A stretch of 64,000 bases of DNA from Lawsonibacter sp. (GTDB lineage: Bacteria; Bacillota; Clostridia; Oscillospirales; Oscillospiraceae). The translations under genes were made by a program, and so were the position numbers. The first letter of the stretch is position 1. Each line of letters starts with the position of its first letter. The notes under the pieces are model-generated. The model saw nothing but the letters and a program-made list of their open reading frames with translations, had not been told where the DNA came from and made no database searches. The stretch is taken from the NCBI GenBank assembly GCA_050251755.1, contig JBFWME010000003.1, positions 15,821 through 79,820 on the forward strand. The letters run 5' to 3'. Below are positions 57,659 to 64,000 of this stretch, one piece after another.

Positions 57659-58525
57659 GTGTTTGGATATGTGCGTCCCCTTCGCCAGGAGATGAAGTGC
57701 GGGGACTTTGACCTGTATGGAGCCACCTACTGCGGTCTGTGCCGCTGCCTGCGCCGGAGACACGGTCCACTGGCCCCAATGTTTCTCAATTTTGATTTCA
57801 CCTTTTTGGCGCTGCTTTTGTGGCAGCCGGAGGCGCAGTTTGTGCCGTGCCGGGGGCGGTGCCATGCCAATCCTCTGGTGAAAAAGCCAATGTGTCCGGA
57901 CAGTCCTGCCCTGGAGGCGGCGGCAGACGAGAGCATCATTCTGGCGTGGTGGAAACTGAAGGACTCGGTCCGGGATGACGGTATTGTGGGTGGGTTTCCT
58001 TCCCGTGTCCTGTCCGTTCTGCTGTACCCCTCCTACCGGAAAGCGACGAAAGCTCGGGGGGCATTTGACCGGGCGGTTCGAGATCGCTTGGCAGAGCTGT
58101 CGTTCTTGGAAGAGCAGAACTGTCCATCCATGGACCGGGCGGCGGATACCTTTGCCCGGCTGCTTCAGTCTGCGGTTCCGGCGGAAGACAGCCGGAGTCG
58201 GGTGTTGACTCAGTTGCTGTACCACTTGGGACGGTGGATCTATCTGGTGGATGCCAGGGACGATCTGGAAGAGGATCGCCAGGCCGGTCGATACAACCCG
58301 GTGGTCGCTCGCTTTGGGCCGGAGGGAAACGACCCGGCATTGAAGCAGACCCTGGATCACTCCCTGGAATGGATGGGAGCTGCGCTCCAGCTGGGAGAAT
58401 TTGGATGCAGAGCGCCAGCCTTGGAAAACATTCTTTATCTGGGCCTGCCACTGGTGCAGCGCGCCGTCTTTGATGGCAGCTGGGCCCAGATAAAAAAACA
58501 AAAGATATGGAGAAACCGCCAATGA
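57659..58525 (+). CDS. DUF5685 family protein
   Basis: MFGYVRP, YCGLC..L...[27 protein letters not shown]....YNP as recalled for this family. Confidence 0.82.
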   Translation: MFGYVRPLRQEMKCGDFDLYGATYCGLCRCLRRRHGPLAPMFLNFDFTFLALLLWQPEAQFVPCRGRCHANPLVKKPMCPDSPALEAAADESIILAWWKLKDSVRDDGIVGGFPSRVLSVLLYPSYRKATKARGAFDRAVRDRLAELSFLEEQNCPSMDRAADTFARLLQSAVPAEDSRSRVLTQLLYHLGRWIYLVDARDDLEEDRQAGRYNPVVARFGPEGNDPALKQTLDHSLEWMGAALQLGEFGCRAPALENILYLGLPLVQRAVFDGSWAQIKKQKIWRNRQ

Positions 58526-59121
58526 GAGATCCGTACACCGTCTTGGGCGTGAGTCAGAGTGCCAGCGATGAAGAAGTGAAAAAGGCATATCGGGAGCTGG
58601 CCCGGAAGTATCACCCCGACAACTATCAGAACAATCCTCTGGCTGACCTGGCGGAGGAGAAGATGAAAGAGATTAATGAGGCCTACGATACCATTACCAA
58701 GCAGCGCTCCGGAGGGGGAGGTTATCAGCAGACCTCTCCCGGAGGCTACGGCGGCTATGCTCAGCAGAGCCGCGCCTCCTCTGGAAGCCCCACATACACC
58801 CGGGTGCGCACTCTGATCAATTCCGGTGATCTGGGAACAGCAGAGCGTCTTCTGTACGAGGTTTCTCAGAAAGACGGGGAGTGGTACTTTCTCAGCGGCA
58901 GCATTGCGTATCGGAAGGGCTGGCTGGACGAAGCTGCCCAGAACTACACGATGGCGGTCCAGATGGAGCCTGGTAATGTAGAATATCGTCAGGCACTGGC
59001 AATGATGCAGCAGCGGGGAAGCGGTTATCGGCCCTATGGCTATACCAACACAGTGGATGGACTTGACTGCTGTACCACCATGCTGTGTCTGAACTGCTTG
59101 TGCGGAGGAGGCCACTGTTAA
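58522..59121 (+). CDS. J-domain protein with TPR-like segment and Cys-rich tail
   Basis: [33 protein letters not shown]; [26 protein letters not shown]; tail [18 protein letters not shown]. Confidence 0.9.
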   Translation: MRDPYTVLGVSQSASDEEVKKAYRELARKYHPDNYQNNPLADLAEEKMKEINEAYDTITKQRSGGGGYQQTSPGGYGGYAQQSRASSGSPTYTRVRTLINSGDLGTAERLLYEVSQKDGEWYFLSGSIAYRKGWLDEAAQNYTMAVQMEPGNVEYRQALAMMQQRGSGYRPYGYTNTVDGLDCCTTMLCLNCLCGGGHC

Positions 59122-59652
59122 ATGTCAAGGCTGTCTCCTACATCCGGAAGCGCACGGACCGCTTTGGGCGGGATTTTGGCTGCGGGAAGTTTGGTTCTGC
59201 TGTGGCTGGCCTGTCTGGCGCCGTCCGGGCGGATTGGGCTCATCGCTGTGGCTGGCTTGTTCCCTGTGGTTGGGGTATTGGCGGGAGGGCAGGTTACCGG
59301 ATATCTGTGCTGGGCGTCAGCCGGTCTGCTGGGGCTGATCCTCCTGCCCGATAAGGGGGTCGCACTTCTGTATTTAGCCTTTTTGGGGCTATACCCCGTG
59401 GTCAAAAGCCGGATTGAATCTCTTCGCCGTCAGCCGGTTGAGTGGCTTTTTAAGTTGGTTTTTTTTAATGCTGTGCTGACTGTGTTTTGGTTTTTGATGC
59501 AGGGGTTGTTCCTGCCCAATCCCCCCGCGTGGCTGTTGGATAACAGTTTAGCGCTTTATTTGGCTGGCAACGTGGTTTTTATCCTCTATGATGTTGGTCT
59601 GTCCAGGCTGATTGCATTGCTTCAGGCCCGTCTGCGGCGGAGAACACGTTGA
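59122..59652 (+). CDS. conserved hypothetical membrane protein
   Basis: About 5 hydrophobic helices, LLPDKG, GLYPVVKSRIE, FILYD.GLS motifs; fills the gap between J protein and yicC. Confidence 0.75.
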   Translation: MSRLSPTSGSARTALGGILAAGSLVLLWLACLAPSGRIGLIAVAGLFPVVGVLAGGQVTGYLCWASAGLLGLILLPDKGVALLYLAFLGLYPVVKSRIESLRRQPVEWLFKLVFFNAVLTVFWFLMQGLFLPNPPAWLLDNSLALYLAGNVVFILYDVGLSRLIALLQARLRRRTR

Positions 59653-59669
59653 TTTGCACATGAAGGAGA

Positions 59670-60557
59670 GTGACCGATTTGGTCAAAAGTATGACCGGCT
59701 ATGGCCGGGCTGAGGAGACAGTCAACGGCTGCACCATTACCGTGGAATTGCGCTCGGTCAATAACCGCTATTTGGATTGCAACGTCCGCATCCCGAGACT
59801 GTACCTGTTTGCGGAGGATGCCATAAAAACCCGGGTTCAAGCCATCATTTCCAGAGGAAAGGTGGATGTATTTGTTACGCTGGATAACGCAGGTGCCGGC
59901 AAAGTGCAGGTATCGGTGAATAAGCCGGTTGCGGATGGCTATTACGCCGCTCTGACCCAATTGGCCCAAGAATACCACCTGCATGACGATATCTCGGTCT
60001 CCCTGTTGTCTCGTTTCCCAGATGTTTTACTGGCTGAAAAAGCGGAAGAGGACGTGGAGCAGATGGCGAAGGACATCTGTTCCGTACTAGACTTGGCTTT
60101 GGCCGACTTTGATGAGATGCGTGCCAGAGAGGGAAACCGCCTGCAGGAGGATATTTTGTCCAGAGCCGCCGCTATTGAAGCAAACGTGGCTCGGGTCGAG
60201 GAGCACTCGCCTCAGACTGTGTCGGAGTATCGGACCAAACTGGAGGTCAGAATGAACGAAGTACTGGCCGGAGCCCAGGTGGATCAGGCGCGTATTCTGA
60301 CGGAAGCGGCGATCTTTGCGGATAAGATTGCGGTGGATGAGGAGACGGTACGCCTGCGCAGCCACATCGGCCAGCTCAGAGAGATGCTGTCCAAGGGAGG
60401 AGCCACGGGTCGAAAATTGGACTTCCTCATTCAGGAATTTAACCGGGAGGCCAATACCATCGGCTCGAAATGCAGCGACATTGAGATTGCGCGCTATGTG
60501 GTGGACATCAAGGCTGAGATTGAAAAAATCCGGGAGCAGGTCCAGAATATTGAGTAA
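59670..60557 (+). CDS. yicC: YicC/YloC family endoribonuclease
   Basis: KSMTGYGR, ELRSVNNRY, ISRGKVD, EETVRLRSH, GRKLDFLIQEFNREANTIGSK, IREQVQNIE. Confidence 0.96.
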   Translation: MTDLVKSMTGYGRAEETVNGCTITVELRSVNNRYLDCNVRIPRLYLFAEDAIKTRVQAIISRGKVDVFVTLDNAGAGKVQVSVNKPVADGYYAALTQLAQEYHLHDDISVSLLSRFPDVLLAEKAEEDVEQMAKDICSVLDLALADFDEMRAREGNRLQEDILSRAAAIEANVARVEEHSPQTVSEYRTKLEVRMNEVLAGAQVDQARILTEAAIFADKIAVDEETVRLRSHIGQLREMLSKGGATGRKLDFLIQEFNREANTIGSKCSDIEIARYVVDIKAEIEKIREQVQNIE

Positions 60558-60569
60558 GGGGGACTACCG

Positions 60570-60836
60570 ATGAAGCTGATCAACATCGGATTTGGCAACC
60601 TGGTTTCTGCCAGCCGGCTCATTGCCATTGTCAGCCCCGACTCCGCCCCCATCAAGCGTATGGTACAGGAAGCGCGGGATCGGGGCGTTTTGATCGACGC
60701 TACCTATGGGCGGCGTACCAAAGCTGTCCTGATTATGGACAACGACCACTTGGTACTGTCTGCGCTTCAGCCGGAGACGGTGTCGAACCGGATTGCTGGG
60801 GAGAAGGACGTCGAGGAAAAGGAGGAAGAAGAATGA
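60570..60836 (+). CDS. remA: DUF370 / RemA family protein
   Basis: [46 protein letters not shown]. Confidence 0.93.
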   Translation: MKLINIGFGNLVSASRLIAIVSPDSAPIKRMVQEARDRGVLIDATYGRRTKAVLIMDNDHLVLSALQPETVSNRIAGEKDVEEKEEEE

Positions 60837-61444
60837 CAGTAAAGAAGGAGAAGGGCCAGTTAATCGTCCTCTCCGGTCCGTCTGGTGTGGGAAAGAGTAC
60901 GGTGATTGCCGAATTGATGGGCCAGCGAGACAACCTATATTTCTCCATTTCCTATACAACGCGCCAACAAAGAGTGGGAGAACAAGACGGGGTCAATTAC
61001 CACTTCGTAGACCGCAGGGAGTTTGAGCGAATGATTGCGGACGACGAACTGTTAGAATATGCGGAATATGTAAATAATTACTATGGCACGTCTCTGAAAG
61101 CCATCCGGGACCGCCTGAACGCCGGTATTGACGTGCTGTTGGATATTGAGGTTCAGGGGGCGGCAAAGGTGAAGGCTCGCTGTCCCGAGGCCCTGTTTAT
61201 TTTCATTATCCCGCCTTCTTTTGAGGAACTATCCCGCCGCCTTCATCGCCGGAATACGGACAGCGAGGATGTGATTGTGGGCCGGTTGGAAAAAGCCAGG
61301 CTGGAATTTAAGGAAATACCGGGATATGATTACTTGGTCATTAATGACAAAGTATCCAACGCTGTCTATGAAATCGAGGCGATCCTTACCGCGGCGGAAT
61401 GCCGGGTGGAAAGCCGAAGTTCTATGCTCGCTCAATTTTCCTGA
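60833..61444 (+). CDS. gmk: guanylate kinase
   Basis: [44 protein letters not shown]. Confidence 0.98.
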   Translation: MTVKKEKGQLIVLSGPSGVGKSTVIAELMGQRDNLYFSISYTTRQQRVGEQDGVNYHFVDRREFERMIADDELLEYAEYVNNYYGTSLKAIRDRLNAGIDVLLDIEVQGAAKVKARCPEALFIFIIPPSFEELSRRLHRRNTDSEDVIVGRLEKARLEFKEIPGYDYLVINDKVSNAVYEIEAILTAAECRVESRSSMLAQFS

Positions 61445-61496
61445 ACAAAGGAATGAACGAAAACACTGGAATTGAAAAGAAGAGGAGTCTTGCACT

Positions 61497-61694
61497 ATGA
61501 TGCTCTATCCAGCCATGAAAGATTTACTGAAGAAGGTGCCCAGCCGCTATCAGCTGGTCAATGTCGTTGCACACCGTGCCCGTCAGATTGCCAGCGAGGC
61601 AGAGATGTCGGGAGAGCCGTTAGACGACAAACCGGTCAGCATTGCCATTCGCGAGGTGGTTGAGGGGAAGCTGGAAGAAGACCGGAACCTGTAA
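61497..61694 (+). CDS. rpoZ: RNA polymerase omega subunit
   Basis: MLYPAM.DLL.KV.SRYQLV.VVA.RARQI, KPVSIAI.E. Confidence 0.95.
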   Translation: MMLYPAMKDLLKKVPSRYQLVNVVAHRARQIASEAEMSGEPLDDKPVSIAIREVVEGKLEEDRNL

Positions 61695-61699
61695 GTAAT

Positions 61700-61733
61700 A
61701 AGCAAGCGAAGGGATTTCCCTGCGCTTGCTTTC
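61700..61733 (+). terminator. terminator-like hairpin after rpoZ
   Basis: AAGCAAGCG...AGGG-ATTT-CCCT...CGCTTGCTT, then TC. Confidence 0.55.
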
Positions 61734-61767
61734 TGTTCCGTGGAACGATTGGGGGGATAAGCGAGGC

Positions 61768-64000
61768 ATGGGGCGGAACATCGCAAAAATTGCGGTCTCC
61801 AAGGCGGTTTACACCATTGACAAGCCCTATGACTATCTCATCCCAGCCAAGTTGGAGGGCAGCCTTCAGCCGGGAATGCGGGTATTGGTTCCGTTCGGAG
61901 CCGGAAACCGGGGATCTGATGGGATTGTTCTGTCGATCCGGGAGGAGCCATTTGACGGCCAGGCGCGTAAAGAGATACAGGCTCAATTGGATGAAACCCC
62001 GGTACTGGATCACAATGCCATTCAGTTGGCCCTTTGGATGCGGGAGCGGTACTTCTGCACCCTTTATGACTGTGTCAAGGCCATGCTGCCCGCCGGTCTG
62101 TATTTTTCTCTGCGGGATTGTGTCACATTAAAACCTGGAATTGACCGGGAAGAGACCGAAAAAGCCGCGGGTGGAGCTGTCGGCGCGGCCCAGTTATTGG
62201 ACTTGCTGTATACTTGGGGCGGAAGGGGAACGATGGAGCAGATCCGTCTGGCCTTTGGAACCAGAGATCCCAACCCAGCCATCCGGCGCCTGGTTGACCT
62301 GGGATGTGCCGTTTTGGAGACCAGTTCCCAGCGCGGGGTAAGGGATAAGACGGAAAAGATCGCTGTGCTGGCCATTCCGGCAGAGGAGGCCATGGCCATC
62401 GTGACCTCCCGGCGAAAGACGGCCCCTCTGCGCTACTCGGTGACGGAGCTGCTGTGCTCGCTGGGATCGGCTTCGGCCAAGGAGCTGTGCTATTTTACGG
62501 GTGCCTCAATGCCGACTATCAGGTCCCTGGAAAAAAGCGGCATCCTTACACTGGAAAAGCAGGAAGTGTTTCGCCGCGCCCCGCCGGAGGAGGTGGAGCC
62601 TGCCGACCCTCCTGTGCTGAACGAGGAGCAGCAGCGGGCCTTTGAAGGGCTGGATCAGCTGGCTCAATTGGAAACGCCCACTGCCGCCTTGCTTTATGGG
62701 GTCACGGGCAGCGGAAAGACCCAGGTCTATATTCGACTGATCCAAAGGGCGCTTGAGCGGGGAGAGAAAGCCTTGGTCTTGGTGCCTGAAATTATTCTAA
62801 CACCTCAATTGTTAAGAATATTTACGTCTCACTTTGGAATGAAGATTGCCGTGCTTCACAGCTCGCTGCGGGCAGGGGAGCGGTACGACGAATGGAAACG
62901 GGTACGAAACGGAGCTGCCGATGTGGTCATCGGGACTCGGTCGGCCGTTTTTGCTCCGCTGGACCGGATCGGCTTAATCATTCTGGACGAGGAGCAGGAG
63001 AGCAGCTACAAATCAGAGAACTCACCGCGCTATCATGCCAGGGACGTGGCCAAGTACCGCTGCGTCCAATCCGGTGCTCTGTTAGTGCTTGGATCCGCTA
63101 CCCCTTCGGTGGAAACCATGCAGCAGGCCCGGAGCGGGGCCTTCCATCTGTTTCAATTAGAAAACCGTTATAACCGCAAGGCATTGCCTCAGGTTTTGAT
63201 TGCGGACATGAAGGAGGAGCTGCGTCAGGGCAACGCCACATCCATCAGCAGCGTGCTGCGGCGGGAGCTGGAGACTAATTTGACGCGTGGAGAGCAGACT
63301 ATTCTGTTCCTGAACCGCCGCGGGGCCAGCCGGATGGTGTCCTGCTGGGAGTGCGGCGCCGTCCCCGAGTGCCCCAGGTGCTCGGTAAAGCTGACGTACC
63401 ACTCGGCCAATGGTCGGCTGATGTGTCACCATTGTGGACACTCGCAGCCGCTGCCGCCGGTCTGTCCATCCTGTGGAGGGATGCTGAACTTCATTGGAGT
63501 GGGCACTCAGCGAGTCCAGGAGGAGCTGGCGGAGCTATTCCCCGGAACTGAGGTTCTGCGCATGGACACAGACACGGTGTCCGCCGCTCATCCGCATGAG
63601 GAACTGCTGGATCGGTTCCAAAAGGAAAAAGTGCCCATTTTGGTAGGTACCCAAATGGTGGCCAAGGGGCTGGACTTTGAGAATGTGACCTTGGTCGGCG
63701 TGATCGCCCCGGATTTGTCGCTGTATGTAGACGATTTCAGGGCCGGGGAACGCACCTTTTCTCTGCTGACCCAGGTGGTGGGGCGCGCCGGAAGGGGAGA
63801 CAAACAGGGGAGAGCGGTCATTCAGACGTATACCCCGGATAACGACGTGATTCGCTTTGCCGCCCGCCAGGACTACGATAACTTTTTCCGGGCTGAGGTT
63901 CCGCTGCGCCGTTTGCGGGGCTATCCCCCGTTTTCCGATATCGTGGTGCTGACCGCCTCCGGACTGGAGGAGGGCGGAGTGCTTCGGTGCTGCGTCCGTC
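61768..64000 (+). CDS. priA: primosomal protein N' (3' partial; missing from ORF track because it has no stop in the window)
   Basis: DKPYDY.IP, GMRVLVPFG, LYGVTGSGKT, LVPEIILTPQ, IILDEEQ, LFLNRRGA, CWEC..VPECPRC, CHHC...CPSC, GTQMVAKGLDF. Confidence 0.97.
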   Translation, partial: MGRNIAKIAVSKAVYTIDKPYDYLIPAKLEGSLQPGMRVLVPFGAGNRGSDGIVLSIREEPFDGQARKEIQAQLDETPVLDHNAIQLALWMRERYFCTLYDCVKAMLPAGLYFSLRDCVTLKPGIDREETEKAAGGAVGAAQLLDLLYTWGGRGTMEQIRLAFGTRDPNPAIRRLVDLGCAVLETSSQRGVRDKTEKIAVLAIPAEEAMAIVTSRRKTAPLRYSVTELLCSLGSASAKELCYFTGASMPTIRSLEKSGILTLEKQEVFRRAPPEEVEPADPPVLNEEQQRAFEGLDQLAQLETPTAALLYGVTGSGKTQVYIRLIQRALERGEKALVLVPEIILTPQLLRIFTSHFGMKIAVLHSSLRAGERYDEWKRVRNGAADVVIGTRSAVFAPLDRIGLIILDEEQESSYKSENSPRYHARDVAKYRCVQSGALLVLGSATPSVETMQQARSGAFHLFQLENRYNRKALPQVLIADMKEELRQGNATSISSVLRRELETNLTRGEQTILFLNRRGASRMVSCWECGAVPECPRCSVKLTYHSANGRLMCHHCGHSQPLPPVCPSCGGMLNFIGVGTQRVQEELAELFPGTEVLRMDTDTVSAAHPHEELLDRFQKEKVPILVGTQMVAKGLDFENVTLVGVIAPDLSLYVDDFRAGERTFSLLTQVVGRAGRGDKQGRAVIQTYTPDNDVIRFAARQDYDNFFRAEVPLRRLRGYPPFSDIVVLTASGLEEGGVLRCCVR

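Noticed and set aside
1-64000. tRNA, rRNA, CRISPR arrays, transposases, integrases, prophage or defence genes
   Set aside because: None recognised by manual reading; coding space is almost fully explained by housekeeping genes. tRNAscan-SE, Infernal and ISEScan were not run

Overview
A 64-kb core-genome segment of a high-GC, probably spore-forming clostridial Firmicute. The protein style suggests Oscillospiraceae (Lawsonibacter/Flavonifractor-like), but that is inference. About 68 genes, all on + except one nitroreductase. Order: frr-uppS-cdsA-dxr-rseP-ispG-polC; a mosaic his operon; ruvC-ruvA-DUF6054-ruvB-glmM; sigH and small metal-binding proteins; trmK-nif3; rplS with L19 leader; rbgA-rnhB-yraN; thrC; tig-clpP-clpX-lon-engB; scpAB-DUF2953-ytfJ-dacB-rluB; rpiR-HI0933-cmk-plsC-ispH/rpsA; carD-ispDF; DUF3343-cysteine desulfurase; cdaA-cdaR-rseC-DUF5685-J protein-membrane protein-yicC-remA-gmk-rpoZ-priA (partial). 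I saw no tRNA, rRNA, CRISPR array, transposase, integrase or defence system. Best leads: (1) a ~205-nt rod-like, 6S-like RNA between tig and clpP; (2) an internal promoter plus internal Shine-Dalgarno inside the ispH-rpsA fusion that could yield stand-alone S1; (3) an rseC-DUF5685-J-protein module, where DUF5685 has isoprenoid-synthase-like Asp-rich motifs and the J protein has a cysteine-string-like tail; (4) the his operon, which lacks hisC, has an amber-interrupted vanW at the hisC position, and also carries a palindromic insert and an LTA-synthase-family gene. Family and DUF names come from recalled motifs; no database search was run. Start codons were adjusted by RBS inspection where stated.
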